Source: Tagaea sp.
Lineage (GTDB): Bacteria > Pseudomonadota > Alphaproteobacteria > CACIAM-22H2
DNA length: 64,000 bases
Direction of reading: 5' to 3'
Assembly: GCA_965279525.1 (NCBI GenBank)
Contig: CBDIIB010000005.1
Location: forward strand, 704,001 to 768,000
The translations under genes were made by a program, and so were the position numbers. Under the pieces are notes generated by a model. That model was not told the origin of the DNA. It made no database searches and worked only from the letters and a program-made list of their open reading frames with translations. This document shows, one piece after another, positions 1 to 10,492 of this stretch; the first letter of the stretch is position 1; each line of letters begins with the position of its first letter.

Positions 1-334
1 TGATCGACGCAACGTCCACCAGCCGCGCGGAACGCTGCCGACGGCTCATCCCCCGCTTCAAATCGTCGAGCATCTTCTCGCCGGCCGGCGTCAGGACACG
101 CCCCCGCTTGCCCAACGTGCGCGCCAATCCGCGAGTAACGAGTTCACGCAGTGCGCGACCCGCCGTCGCCTCCGCCACGGCAATCCCCGCCTGCCTCAAG
201 GCACGCACCAGCTTGTGGTTTCCGACAGGGCCGTCGTTATGCCTGAGCAACTCAAGAGCGATCAGATCGATCGCAGATCCGCGATCCTGATCAAATCCCA
301 GAAGCTTGGAACGCTCGCGTTTCGCTCGCCGCAT
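1..334 (-). CDS. Winged-helix transcriptional regulator, probably NrpR-like wHTH plus FCD (partial, runs off window)
   Basis: Not in the ORF track. Manual translation from ATG at 334 gives MRRAKRERSKLLGFDQ...ALELLRHNDGPVGNHKLVRALRQAGIAVAEATAGRALRELVTRGLARTLGKRGRVLTPAG, open to the window edge; divergent from the TRAP operon. Confidence 0.7.
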   Translation of the reverse strand, partial: MRRAKRERSKLLGFDQDRGSAIDLIALELLRHNDGPVGNHKLVRALRQAGIAVAEATAGRALRELVTRGLARTLGKRGRVLTPAGEKMLDDLKRGMSRRQRSARLVDVASI

Positions 335-495
335 ATGATTGATATTCCCCGTTAACTTCGAACCCACAATCGATGGCGGTGCAGCGCGACCGTGCAATCG
401 AATCTGGAGCCGAATTGATTGATAAGTCATCTTCGCCATAACACGCAACGACGACGGCGGTCGGCCCACTTTCGCCGCAACGCACAATTCGGCCG

Positions 496-534
496 TTGAC
501 AGTCCAGAATCCTCATATCATCATCAATGATGAT
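496..534 (+). promoter_or_regulatory. Candidate sigma70 promoter with overlapping palindromic operator
   Basis: TTGACA at 496-501, CATCAT 17 bp later, and a perfect 7-1-7 inverted repeat ATCATCA-A-TGATGAT at 520-534. Confidence 0.5.
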
Positions 535-579
535 CGATGTTCATTCGAATGTCGATCCTGCTTTGACAAACAGGTCGCC

Positions 580-1155
580 ATGCGCCGAGACAGTCCGCTC
601 AATACGCTGCGCGCCGCCGTTGGCAGCTTTGTCGACCGGATCAACGCTACGATAAGGATCGCGATTGCGGCACTGCTTGCCGGCATGTGTGTCTGTGCGC
701 TGCTTCAGGTTATTGTCCGGCTCGTGCTTGACTCGTTCGGCCTCAACCTCTCGGTACCGTGGAGCGAGGAGCTGAGCCGGTATTTCATGATCTGGCTCAT
801 CTTTCTGGGCGCGGCTTACGCGTGCCGCCGCGATCAACTCATCTCGCTGACTGTCGTCGTGGACAACTTGCCCGTTCCGCTAAGGCGTATCGCAAATCTG
901 GCGGCCGCCTTCGTCTGCATTGCCTTCTATGCAGTACTTATTCAGGTCGGTGTGACTTCCATCCGCTCCGGCTTTATCGAGATGAGCCCGGTCCTGCAGT
1001 TTCCAAAGGCTTATGTCTACGCCGCCATGCCGATCGGTGGCGCGGTCATGATCCTCAACACGCTGGCGTTCTTGGCCGAGAATCTGGGGTGGCTCGACGG
1101 GCCGACGAACGGCGGCATTCAGGGTGGCGTCGCTGCCCCGGACGCCCCGCCATGA
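580..1155 (+). CDS. dctQ: TRAP transporter small permease
   Basis: Four hydrophobic segments and WSEELSRYFMIWLIFLGAA motif; ATG at 580 preferred. Confidence 0.88.
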   Translation: MRRDSPLNTLRAAVGSFVDRINATIRIAIAALLAGMCVCALLQVIVRLVLDSFGLNLSVPWSEELSRYFMIWLIFLGAAYACRRDQLISLTVVVDNLPVPLRRIANLAAAFVCIAFYAVLIQVGVTSIRSGFIEMSPVLQFPKAYVYAAMPIGGAVMILNTLAFLAENLGWLDGPTNGGIQGGVAAPDAPP

Positions 1156-2423
1156 TCGTAGCCCTTATCCTGCTTTTGGTTTTGTTTGCGATTGGTGTGC
1201 CGATCGCGGTGACACTGGGAGCGGCGCCGCTCTTGGCGATTTACGAACGCGGCATTTCGCTCGTCATCGTGCCGCAGATCGCATTCGAGGCACTCGACTC
1301 GTTTACGCTGATGGCGATCCCGTTTTTTGTTCTCGCAGGCAGGCTAATGCAAGCCGGCGGAATCGCAGGTCGACTTGTCGATCTCGCGGTCGCCCTTACG
1401 TGCTGGATGCGAGGCGGCCTTGCTAACGCCTCGATCGTCACGGCGATGATGTTCGCGACGATGTCCGGCTCGTCTTCTGCGACCGCCGCAGCCATCGGCA
1501 CGACATTGATCCCGGCAATGGGGAAAAGCCGCTATCCCAGACCTTTCGGTGCGGCGACGATCGCGGCCTCTGCAGAACTTGGCGCCATCATTCCTCCATC
1601 GGTGCCGATGATCGTCTACGCGGTCGTGGCAAATGTCTCGATCGCCGATCTGTTCCTGTCGGGCGTGTTTCCGGGACTGCTGATCGGCTTCTCGCTGATC
1701 CTGTTCGTCACCATCGTCTCCACCATCTACGACTATGGTATCGTCGAGCGGCCTGGCTTCCGGATTTGGGCCATCGGTGTCGTTACCGCAGCCAAGCGCG
1801 CGGCGCTGTCTCTGCTGATGCCACTTATCGTACTTGGCGGCATCTATGGCGGCGTGTTCACACCGACAGAGGCAGCAGTCGTCTCCGCCGCCTATGCTCT
1901 TGTCCTCGGGATGTTTGTCTATCGCAAGATCGGCATCAAAGACCTGCCGGAGATATTCTTCGTCAGCGGCCTCACCTCGGCAGTCGTGCTTCTGATCGTT
2001 GCCCTCGCATCCGTCCTCGCCTATGCGCTGGCGATCTATCAGGTCCCGCAGACCCTCGCTGCCGGCATCCGGGCGATTTCCGACAGCCCCTACGTATTCC
2101 TGCTGATCGTCAATCTGCTGCTGCTTGTCGTGGGCATGTTCATCGAGACGCTGGCCGCCATCGTTGTCGTGACGCCCATTCTGGCACCTATGGCGATGGG
2201 TCTGGGCATCGACCCGGTGCATTTTGGTGCGATCATCATCGTCAATCTCGCCATCGGCATGGTGACGCCGCCGGTCGGGGTGAACCTGTTCGTCGTCTCG
2301 ACGATCTCCGGATTGAACATCGAAGCGATGATCCGCCCGCTGCTGGGGTTCCTGGCAGTCCTGATCGTCGATCTAATGATCATCACTTATATTCCCGTGC
2401 TGTCGACCTTCCTGATCAGGTGA
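1152..2423 (+). CDS. dctM: TRAP transporter large permease
   Basis: AIPFFVLAG, SGSSSATAAAIG, IIPPS, FTPTEAA and TPPVG motifs; ATGA overlap with dctQ stop. Confidence 0.93.
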   Translation: MIVALILLLVLFAIGVPIAVTLGAAPLLAIYERGISLVIVPQIAFEALDSFTLMAIPFFVLAGRLMQAGGIAGRLVDLAVALTCWMRGGLANASIVTAMMFATMSGSSSATAAAIGTTLIPAMGKSRYPRPFGAATIAASAELGAIIPPSVPMIVYAVVANVSIADLFLSGVFPGLLIGFSLILFVTIVSTIYDYGIVERPGFRIWAIGVVTAAKRAALSLLMPLIVLGGIYGGVFTPTEAAVVSAAYALVLGMFVYRKIGIKDLPEIFFVSGLTSAVVLLIVALASVLAYALAIYQVPQTLAAGIRAISDSPYVFLLIVNLLLLVVGMFIETLAAIVVVTPILAPMAMGLGIDPVHFGAIIIVNLAIGMVTPPVGVNLFVVSTISGLNIEAMIRPLLGFLAVLIVDLMIITYIPVLSTFLIR

Positions 2424-2478
2424 CGTGCGGGCCGTCTCAACGACCAACGGAATCCACAGACCGAAAGGAGCTTTAAAA

Positions 2479-3468
2479 ATGATGAACCGCATCGCCGCAG
2501 CAGCATTGATCGGCCTGGCCGCCCTGCTGCCAAGCACCGAAGCCGCATCGCAGGCCCATCAGATGAATATCGGCCACGTGCTCAGCGACAAGAGTTCGTA
2601 TCAGGTCGGCATGAAATACTTCGCCGATGAGATGGCAAAACGCACGAACGGCCGCGTCAAGGTTAACATCTTCCCCGCAGGCGGTCTTGGCGGCGAACTG
2701 CGTCTGGTCCAGGGCGGCTCGACCGGCACGGTCGACGCCTTCATCATCGGCCAGCCGTCTCTCGAGGCGACGATCCCCGAGTTCAAGATACTGTCACTAC
2801 CTTACCTGTTCGATAGCGAGGCCGAAGCCATCAAGGTGCTGCGTGGCAGCTTCGGCAACAAGTTTCTGGAACTTCTGCCGAAGCACAACATGGTCGGCCT
2901 CGGCTGGGCGGGCGTGTTCACCCGCGGTATTCCCGCGACGCGAGCGGTCGAAACGGCCAACGATCTGCGCGGCCTGAAGGTGCGCGTGATGCAGTCACCC
3001 GGCTACATCTCGACCTTCAACTCTCTGGGCAGCCAGCCCACGCCGATCCCGTTCGGCGAGCTGTTCATGGCGCTGCAGACGCGCGTCGTCGACGCAACCG
3101 ATCTCAGCCCCGATCTCGTGATCTCGGGTCAGTTCCTCAAGGCGATTACCCATTATTCGCAGCCGGGCATCCATCAGCTCCCTTCGATTTTCATCATGTC
3201 GAAGGCCAAGTACGACTCGTTCCCGGAAGATATCCGCAAGATCGTCCTGGAAGTCGGGCGCGAAGGCGCGGCGGCGGCAACGGACGAACAGACCCGCCTG
3301 ATGGCCGCCGGTCTGGAGGAAATGCGCACGGCAGGCATCAAGATCAGCGCGCCGAATCAGGCGACGTTCCGTGAGGCGGCGATGAAGGCCTGGCCGTCGA
3401 TCACCGCCGGGGTTCCTGATGTAGATGCCTATCTCGCAGAACTGAAGACGGCCAAGGCGGCAAAGTAA
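2479..3468 (+). CDS. dctP: TRAP transporter substrate-binding protein
   Basis: Signal peptide, LPYLF, DLRGLKVRV and PTPIPFGELFMALQ motifs; SD AAGGAG. Confidence 0.92.
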   Translation: MMNRIAAAALIGLAALLPSTEAASQAHQMNIGHVLSDKSSYQVGMKYFADEMAKRTNGRVKVNIFPAGGLGGELRLVQGGSTGTVDAFIIGQPSLEATIPEFKILSLPYLFDSEAEAIKVLRGSFGNKFLELLPKHNMVGLGWAGVFTRGIPATRAVETANDLRGLKVRVMQSPGYISTFNSLGSQPTPIPFGELFMALQTRVVDATDLSPDLVISGQFLKAITHYSQPGIHQLPSIFIMSKAKYDSFPEDIRKIVLEVGREGAAAATDEQTRLMAAGLEEMRTAGIKISAPNQATFREAAMKAWPSITAGVPDVDAYLAELKTAKAAK

Positions 3469-3544
3469 TCTTCAAGGACGTCGCCTGTTTCGGCGGCGCC
3501 CTTCTCTCATCCATCCAGGACTGAATTCAAATGGAGAAGTATTC

Positions 3545-3931
3545 ATGCGGACGGCCGTAAATACCCCGCTCCCGCCCATTGACGCGCCACTCGAATGGGC
3601 GACCATGTCGAACGGCGCGTTCTATACCGCTGTAATCGGCACGCTGCCTGACGGCACGATGGATACCGGCGATATCCGCTCGCAGACCAAGTACACGCTC
3701 GACAATCTGAAGATCTGCATCGAGGCAGCGGGCGGTACGATGGATGACGTGACACAGGTGCTGGTCTATCTGACCGCTCGCAAGGACGCGAAAGGCATGA
3801 ATGAGGTCTACGCGCAGTATTTCAAGAAACCTTACCCCAACCGCGCGACCGTTGTGATCTCCGAACTTCTGGTGCCCGGCTGCATCGTCGAGATGGTGGC
3901 CTATGCGCATATCGGATCCCCCAAGGGCTGA
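3545..3931 (+). CDS. RidA/YjgF family protein
   Basis: MNEVYAQYF..PYPNRATV and VEM motifs; 128 aa. Confidence 0.88.
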   Translation: MRTAVNTPLPPIDAPLEWATMSNGAFYTAVIGTLPDGTMDTGDIRSQTKYTLDNLKICIEAAGGTMDDVTQVLVYLTARKDAKGMNEVYAQYFKKPYPNRATVVISELLVPGCIVEMVAYAHIGSPKG

Positions 3932-3946
3932 TCCGGGAACCTTGAT

Positions 3947-5425
3947 ATGCGCGATCTTCTCTATATCGGCGGGAAGTGGGTGCCGCCTGTAAAGGGAGGC
4001 TCGATCCCGGCAATTGACCCGTCGACGGGGAAGGAATTCCACCGCATTGCCGCAGGTACGGCACCCGACATCGACGCGGCAGTGAAGGCCGCGCGCATTG
4101 CCTTCGACAAAGGTCCTTGGCCGCGAATGACGGGTAATGAACGCGCCGCCTTCCTGCGTGCCATCGCCGGCAGGATCAAGGCCCGACAGGGACAACTCGC
4201 CGCACTCGAGACACGTGACAACGGAAAGCCGCTGCCGGAAGCCGACTGGGACATCTCAGACGCCGCTGGCTGCTTTGAATACTACGGCAACCTGGCCGAC
4301 GGGCTTGATTCGCAACTTGCCGAGCCGATCTCACTTCCCGATGCGCGTTTCACGTCCAAAGCGGTCAAGGAGCCGGTCGGCGTTTGTGGCGCGATCGTCC
4401 CTTGGAACTATCCGCTCTTGATGGCTGCCTGGAAGGTCGCGCCTGCTCTCGCTGCTGGCTGCACGGTTGTGCTCAAGCCGTCAGAGCTTACTTCACTCAC
4501 GGCACTCGAGCTTGCGGCGATCGCAGCAGAGATCGGCATGCCTGAGGGCGTCCTGAACGTCGTTACCGGTACAGGGCCCGAGGCGGGTCAGGCGCTGGCC
4601 GATCATCCTGACGTCGATAAGCTGGCCTTCACCGGCTCCGAGGCCACCGGCTCGAAAGTAATGACGGCTGCGGCACGCGACATCAAACGCATCAGCCTCG
4701 AACTGGGCGGCAAGTCGCCCTTCATCGTGTTCGACGATGTACAGGTCGACGAGGCCGTCGAATGGATCATGTTCGGCATTTTCTGGAATCAGGGCCAGGT
4801 GTGCTCGGCAACGTCACGCGTCCTGATCCAGGATGGGATATACGAGCGCGTCCTCAATCGCCTGATCGAGGAAACGCAGAAGATCAAGATCGGCGCCGGT
4901 ACTGATCCGGGGGTGCTCCTCGGACCGCTTGTGTCAGAAGGCCAGTACGACAGGGTAGCTCGCTATGTCGATCGGGCCCGTGCGGACGGAGCGAAAGTTC
5001 AATGCGGTGGCCGGCGCCCCCCTGGCCTCGACAACGGATATTTCTTTGAGCCGACCGTCCTTACGGATGTGCCGCTCGACAGTGCTGCTTGGCGCGAAGA
5101 GATTTTCGGCCCCGTCGTCTGCCTGCGCGGTTTCGCAGACGAAGCCGAAGCCGTGCGCCTTGCCAACGACAGTCCCTACGGTCTGGCAGCAGCCGTAATG
5201 ACGGCGGATACGACACGCGCTGAACGTGTCGCTGCGACATTGCGTGCTGGCATTGTGTGGATCAATTGCTCCCAGCCGACCTTTACGGAAGCCCCCTGGG
5301 GCGGGTTCAAGCGATCGGGCATCGGCCGTGAACTCGGAAAATGGGGGCTCGACGCCTATCTCGAGGTCAAACAGATCACGCGCTATATCGCGCCCGAACG
5401 CTGGGGTTGGTATATCAAGAATTAG
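3947..5425 (+). CDS. Aldehyde dehydrogenase (betaine/aminoaldehyde dehydrogenase-like)
   Basis: PWNYP, FTGS, LELGGKSP, GQVCSA and EEIFGPV motifs; C-terminal WGWY. Confidence 0.92.
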   Translation: MRDLLYIGGKWVPPVKGGSIPAIDPSTGKEFHRIAAGTAPDIDAAVKAARIAFDKGPWPRMTGNERAAFLRAIAGRIKARQGQLAALETRDNGKPLPEADWDISDAAGCFEYYGNLADGLDSQLAEPISLPDARFTSKAVKEPVGVCGAIVPWNYPLLMAAWKVAPALAAGCTVVLKPSELTSLTALELAAIAAEIGMPEGVLNVVTGTGPEAGQALADHPDVDKLAFTGSEATGSKVMTAAARDIKRISLELGGKSPFIVFDDVQVDEAVEWIMFGIFWNQGQVCSATSRVLIQDGIYERVLNRLIEETQKIKIGAGTDPGVLLGPLVSEGQYDRVARYVDRARADGAKVQCGGRRPPGLDNGYFFEPTVLTDVPLDSAAWREEIFGPVVCLRGFADEAEAVRLANDSPYGLAAAVMTADTTRAERVAATLRAGIVWINCSQPTFTEAPWGGFKRSGIGRELGKWGLDAYLEVKQITRYIAPERWGWYIKN

Positions 5426-5799
5426 CGGCTTGAGCTTGTTACACGATTGCGCTTCCGCACGTTTTGTGGAAACGAAGATAAGCTCAAACGCAAAGCAGAC
5501 TCTGCCCTCACTCGAGTGAATTCGTTGCCTTAGCCCCTGTAATATAAGGGCTGACGCTGCAGTTTTTCGCTCACCAAAATTCCAGAATCACTAATGGTCA
5601 GTCATGCGACTCTTTAGCTACTTCCAATGGAATGGGTGACTCGCTCTGATCTGCCGGCCGAAGCGGACGCTTACGGTCCTGCAATTCTTGCTCGAGCTTT
5701 CGTGCGACCTCATCCAAATATCGCTGAGCAAGACAAGGGTCATATCCATGCATATGGCGTTTCCCTCGAAAAGGTTGCGATAGCCTATTCTTACTTTCT

Positions 5800-6573
5800 T
5801 CAGGCCGGAAGCATCCAGAAACGTTCGTTTGACACAAGCTTTGCTACAGCGTCAGCAGCTGCTTCCAATAGCCTCTCACCCTTCTCAGCAGTCGACGCAC
5901 GAGGATCCCCAATGGCACCATGCGTCGTGCGTGACTTGAAGGAGCGATAGCGAATTGCAGCATCCGTACCAGTAACGTCCTTGATCTCAGTTTCCGTCGG
6001 ACCAACAGCGTTCTGCGCCCGAGCCATATCGACGAACTGAGGGGCAAGATGAAGAAGCATCGACGTCTCGGCTTCGCATGCATGTCGGACGTTTGTCTGG
6101 CGCTCGAGGATTTTCCCGAACGCCTCCTGAGCCAGTAGCCAATACGAGGCGGTTGCTATCGGTGCGTCGAACTCAATCGCAAAATCATTCACGATCGCGG
6201 TCAGGGCTGCAATGTTGCCGCCGTGGCCATTCAACAAGAAGATACGCCGGAACCCGCCCTTCAGGATTGATCGAACAAGGCAACGGAGTACGGAGTGGAA
6301 TGTGGCAAGGTCGAGCGAAAGTGTCCCACCAAGCGATAGGTGGTGCTCGGCCAGGCCGTGCCAAACCGTTGGTGCGACGACGACCGGCGTCTGGTGTGCG
6401 ATCTTTCGCGCAGCTCGACGCCCTACTTCACCAGACAGCAGCGAATCCACTTGCGTCGGCAGGTGTGGGCCATGCTGTTCCGTCGAGCCGACGGGAAGGA
6501 TCACAACGGCGTTGCGTGCCGCAAGCGCATTCAGTTCGCTGGCCTTTAGTTTCCACCATTCGACTTCGATCAT
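5800..6573 (-). CDS. Creatininase family amidohydrolase
   Basis: [19 protein letters not shown] and HACEAETS motifs. Confidence 0.92.
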   Translation of the reverse strand: MIEVEWWKLKASELNALAARNAVVILPVGSTEQHGPHLPTQVDSLLSGEVGRRAARKIAHQTPVVVAPTVWHGLAEHHLSLGGTLSLDLATFHSVLRCLVRSILKGGFRRIFLLNGHGGNIAALTAIVNDFAIEFDAPIATASYWLLAQEAFGKILERQTNVRHACEAETSMLLHLAPQFVDMARAQNAVGPTETEIKDVTGTDAAIRYRSFKSRTTHGAIGDPRASTAEKGERLLEAAADAVAKLVSNERFWMLPA

Positions 6574-7364
6574 CGTACCCTCCGGGATCCGCCATCACGC
6601 TCAAGCAGCCGCTCCAGAAATGCCTGAGTACGCGCTTCAGCAGGAGCACTGAAGATCTGCGAGGGCGGCGCACGCTCCACGATTGTTCCCTTGTCCATGA
6701 AGATCACATCATCAGCCACATCGCGCGCAAAGCCCATTTCATGGGTCACGACCATCATTGTCATGCCCTGCTCTGCAAGCTGGCGCATCGTCTTCAGGAC
6801 TTCACCGACAAGTTCCGGATCGAGCGCGGACGTCACCTCGTCGAAGAGCATGATGCGCGGTCGCATGGCGAGCGCCCGGGCGATGGCCGCGCGCTGCTGC
6901 TGACCACCCGAGAGCCTCGCTGGATAGGCATCACTCTTGTCCTCAAGGCCGACCTTGCGCAGGAGCTCGATTGCAATATCCCGTGCCTCGTTCGGCTTCA
7001 TGCCACGAACCCGACATGGTGCGAGGGTGATGTTCTGGAGAACGGTCAGGTGCGGGAACAGATTGAAGCTCTGAAAGACCATGCCGACTTCCTGGCGCAG
7101 CTTTTCCCGGCCGGCCCTGTCGAGCTTGATCGAGTTTCCGTCTTCGCCGCCCTGCACGGCTGGCGCGCCATCGATCAGGATTCGCCCCTTCTGGATGGGT
7201 TCGAGCCCGGCAACACAGCGCAGCATCGTGCTCTTGCCTGATCCCGACGGACCGATGATCACCATTACCTGACCTGGATCGATGGCGAGCGAAATGTCAT
7301 CGAGGACCGTTTCTGTCCCGTATCTTTTTGTTACGCGTTCGATGACGACGTGAGGTTCAGGCAT
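6570..7364 (-). CDS. Polar amino acid ABC transporter ATP-binding protein
   Basis: [16 protein letters not shown] and [11 protein letters not shown] motifs. Confidence 0.93.
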   Translation of the reverse strand: MPEPHVVIERVTKRYGTETVLDDISLAIDPGQVMVIIGPSGSGKSTMLRCVAGLEPIQKGRILIDGAPAVQGGEDGNSIKLDRAGREKLRQEVGMVFQSFNLFPHLTVLQNITLAPCRVRGMKPNEARDIAIELLRKVGLEDKSDAYPARLSGGQQQRAAIARALAMRPRIMLFDEVTSALDPELVGEVLKTMRQLAEQGMTMMVVTHEMGFARDVADDVIFMDKGTIVERAPPSQIFSAPAEARTQAFLERLLERDGGSRRVR

Positions 7365-8044
7365 TAATGGCTCCGGCTGGCGTTCAGGCGCTTCTCGATC
7401 GCTTGAAAGAAGAGTGCAATCGGATACGTCAGTACAAAATAGGCAACTGCGACGATCGTGAGTGTCTCGACCGGCCTGAAGGTTTCAAGCGAGATCAACT
7501 GCCCGACACGTAACAGTTCAGGCGTGCCGATCGCCGTGGCAAGTGCCGTACCCTTGATCAGATAGATGACGGTCGTGCCGGTCGGGGGCATCACGTTGCG
7601 GAATGCCTGCGGCAGAATCACGAATCGCAGCGTGTCGCCAAGGTTCAATCCAAGGACTCTTGAGGCCTGCCATTGGGTCCGGTCGATTCCGGCAATTCCG
7701 GCGCGGAATATCTCAGCGAAGAAGGCCGCTATGTTCAGCCCAAGAGCCAGTGCCGCAGACCAGAATTCATCGAGATCGTAACCGGTGATGACCGGCAGAC
7801 CGTAGAATATCCAGACGATCTGAACGAGCGGCGGGGTTGTACGAAAGAACTCGATAAAGACATAGGCTGGCCAATTGAGTACGGCGATGCCTGAGTAGCG
7901 CATAAGGGCAAGCACAAGCCCGAGCACGAGGCCCAGGCTTGCGCTCACTGCACTCAGCCCGATCGTCACCCGTACCCCGTCGATGAGGTCCGGGAGATAT
8001 TCGACGATCGGCGCGAAGTTAAGGTTGCCCATATGCGTACTCAA
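7364..8044 (-). CDS. Polar amino acid ABC transporter permease
   Basis: [10 protein letters not shown] and AEIFRAGI motifs; HisM-type layout. Confidence 0.9.
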   Translation of the reverse strand: MSTHMGNLNFAPIVEYLPDLIDGVRVTIGLSAVSASLGLVLGLVLALMRYSGIAVLNWPAYVFIEFFRTTPPLVQIVWIFYGLPVITGYDLDEFWSAALALGLNIAAFFAEIFRAGIAGIDRTQWQASRVLGLNLGDTLRFVILPQAFRNVMPPTGTTVIYLIKGTALATAIGTPELLRVGQLISLETFRPVETLTIVAVAYFVLTYPIALFFQAIEKRLNASRSH

Positions 8045-8052
8045 TCCGCGGA

Positions 8053-8871
8053 CTACTGGGCTGCGTTGATCTGGTCGGCCGTCATGAACTGCTTGACCAG
8101 TTCAGCCAGTTGGCCGGACTCGCGCAGCTTCTTGGTGAAGCCCGCAACATACTCGGCAAGCTTGGCATCACCCTTCATGTGGGCGTAGCCGACCTTGCAG
8201 GCGCGGATATCGAGCGGATTGTTGTGCCCCGGAAAGACCTTGATTCGATCGCCAAAGGCAGCAAGGGCGACAGTCGTCTGGATCGGCGTATCGAGTACGA
8301 CGGCATCGGCGCGGCCGGCGATCACTTCCTGAATGAGGTCAGCCGATGTCGACTGGCCGAATACCTTCAGCGTTGCCAGCGGTGCTGCTTCCTTTGCGAC
8401 CGACTCTGACCACGAACCGCCGGGCACCGCGAATACGACTTCCGGACGGTTGAACGCCGCCAAGTTCGTCAGCCCCTTCGTGTTGTTCGCCGCGATCGTC
8501 AGTGTCGCGCCGATGGTGATGTAGCTTTCGCTGAAATCGACCGATTCCTTGCGCCTGTCGGTGATGCAGAGCGCGGGAACGATATCCCACTTCTTCGTCT
8601 CGACACCGGCGACGGCCGTGGCCCACTCCGCGTTGACGACGTTGAGTTTCACGCCAAGATCGCTTGCCATCCGCTTCATTACCTCGACATCCATCCCGAC
8701 ATACTCGCCATTCGGCCGGCGGGAGATGAGGGGACGGTAGAGGACGCCGGCGACGCGGAGTTCTCCGCGCTGCTTGATTTCGTCAAGTACGCTTTGTGCA
8801 GCGACCGGCGCCGGTGCGCCGACTGCAACAGTGCCGAGAAGTAGAACCGCCAAAGTCAGGAGTCTACGCAT
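8053..8871 (-). CDS. Polar amino acid ABC transporter substrate-binding protein
   Basis: Signal peptide, GMDVE and ITDRRKESVDFS (SBP_bac_3-like). Confidence 0.88.
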   Translation of the reverse strand: MRRLLTLAVLLLGTVAVGAPAPVAAQSVLDEIKQRGELRVAGVLYRPLISRRPNGEYVGMDVEVMKRMASDLGVKLNVVNAEWATAVAGVETKKWDIVPALCITDRRKESVDFSESYITIGATLTIAANNTKGLTNLAAFNRPEVVFAVPGGSWSESVAKEAAPLATLKVFGQSTSADLIQEVIAGRADAVVLDTPIQTTVALAAFGDRIKVFPGHNNPLDIRACKVGYAHMKGDAKLAEYVAGFTKKLRESGQLAELVKQFMTADQINAAQ

Positions 8872-8939
8872 CGTGATTCTCCTTGTTCATGCGGAGGCAT
8901 GTGGCCGCCGCGGGTTTTCGGTGGCCAGGCGGCCGCCGT

Positions 8940-9605
8940 TTATTCGGCCTTGAACGCAAGACTGCTTCTCTTTTCGAGGTTTGCTGAGAGCAGAACCAGC
9001 GGCCAAGTGAGGACGAAGTAGATGAGCGCCACGAATGTCAGGATCTCGAGCGGCCGGAAGGTTTCGGAGGCAAGTATCCAGCCGCGGTTCATGATCTCTG
9101 GCATTGCGATTACGGCAGCCAGCGATGACTGTTTCACCAGGCTGACCAAAGTGTTGCAGGACGGCGCAAGAATGAGACGCAGTGTCTGGGGAAGCACGAC
9201 CCACCACAGACGCTGGAAACTCGACAAACCGAGTACCTGTGCTGCATCCGACTGGCCGCGTGGCACTGCTGAAATCCCGCCCCGAAAAATCTCGGCCATT
9301 TGGGCGCTGGTGGAACAGGCCAGCGCGCCGGCGACGACCGTAAATGCATCGAGCTTGATGTCGGCGATTACCGGGAGCGCGTAGTAGGCCCAGACGATAT
9401 GCATCAAGGGCGGTGTCGTCCTGAAAAATTCAATCCATGCAAGCGATAACGTTGCCACAACGGGCACGCGCGCTATCCGGGTAACTGCAATGGGTAGAGC
9501 GGCAATGGTTCCGACAGCAAAGGCGACGACCGTGATTCCGATGGTCAACGGTACTCCGAGGAGAAGGGACGGAATGTCGCCGATGACTGTGTCGAATCGC
9601 AGCAT
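8940..9605 (-). CDS. Polar amino acid ABC transporter permease
   Basis: [16 protein letters not shown] and VKQSSL motifs. Confidence 0.9.
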   Translation of the reverse strand: MLRFDTVIGDIPSLLLGVPLTIGITVVAFAVGTIAALPIAVTRIARVPVVATLSLAWIEFFRTTPPLMHIVWAYYALPVIADIKLDAFTVVAGALACSTSAQMAEIFRGGISAVPRGQSDAAQVLGLSSFQRLWWVVLPQTLRLILAPSCNTLVSLVKQSSLAAVIAMPEIMNRGWILASETFRPLEILTFVALIYFVLTWPLVLLSANLEKRSSLAFKAE

Positions 9606-9610
9606 GCCGG

Positions 9611-10408
9611 TCAGCCTTTCGGACCTTTGCGGCGATGCGGCCGTGCACTTGTGTCGGAAGTCCCAATTGGCAGAAGGTCTGCGCCCTTTGTCTTGTGCTC
9701 CTGAAGCTGGGCTTCGATCTCCGTCAAGGCAATCGGTCCGACCGTGAAGTGATCCTTGATCGCGCGCGCCGAGACATCGGCATCTCGCGACTCGATAGCG
9801 TCAAGAATCGCCTGATGCGCGTCCCACGTCCGCTTGCAGAAATCGGCGCTGAAACGGTGCTCCGCTCCCTCGGTATGAACATCCAGAAGCGGGCTTAGAA
9901 GATCCTCGAGCACTGCATTCTTGCTGGCGCGGGCAAGCGCCAGATGGAACTCGCGGTTCAGTTCTTGGCTGGCGGCGTAGTCGAGCGGAAGCGGTTCGGC
10001 TTTGCGAATGATCGCCGCCATCGCGTCGATATCGGCCTTCGTCGCCCGTTCCGTCGCCAGTTGCATGATCTGGCCTTCCAGAAGGCGCCGAGCCTCCCAG
10101 AGATCGCGGATCCCGATGCGCTGCATGGCGAGATGGAACAGTGCCGGATCGTAGATCAGCGGCATCCAGCGGAACGGCCGAATGACCGTCCCGCTCCCGT
10201 GATTGGCCTCGACGACATTGAGTGCGGCCAGACGCTGCACGGCCTCGCGGATCACTGCGAGACCAACCCGCATCGACCGGGCGAGTTCCCGCTGCGGCGG
10301 AAGCCTGTTGCCTGGAACAAGTTCGCCACTCGCGATCCGCTTGAGGATCGTCTGCGCGACCTGATCGGGAAGCGTCTGGATGGTCGGGGAAGGCCACGCT
10401 TTGGTCAT
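9611..10408 (-). CDS. GntR/FadR family regulator
   Basis: GNRLPPQRELA..IREA HTH plus FCD domain (NREFH). Confidence 0.9.
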   Translation of the reverse strand: MTKAWPSPTIQTLPDQVAQTILKRIASGELVPGNRLPPQRELARSMRVGLAVIREAVQRLAALNVVEANHGSGTVIRPFRWMPLIYDPALFHLAMQRIGIRDLWEARRLLEGQIMQLATERATKADIDAMAAIIRKAEPLPLDYAASQELNREFHLALARASKNAVLEDLLSPLLDVHTEGAEHRFSADFCKRTWDAHQAILDAIESRDADVSARAIKDHFTVGPIALTEIEAQLQEHKTKGADLLPIGTSDTSARPHRRKGPKG

Positions 10409-10440
10409 TGCAATCTACTCCAAGAGTGTTAGGTTGATAG

Positions 10441-10455
10441 AGTGTTCGGAACACT
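10441..10455. promoter_or_regulatory. Candidate GntR operator
   Basis: Perfect 7-1-7 palindrome AGTGTTC-G-GAACACT in the divergent intergenic region, beside a minus-strand TTGACA at 10457-10462. Confidence 0.55.
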
Positions 10456-10492
10456 TTGTCAATCGATGACTTAAATCGAAACGGAGGGGAGA

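Noticed and set aside
5598-5950. Short ORFs 5627-5950 (+) and 5598-5837 (-)
   Set aside because: They overlap the creatininase 3' end and show no recognisable family; at most a remnant
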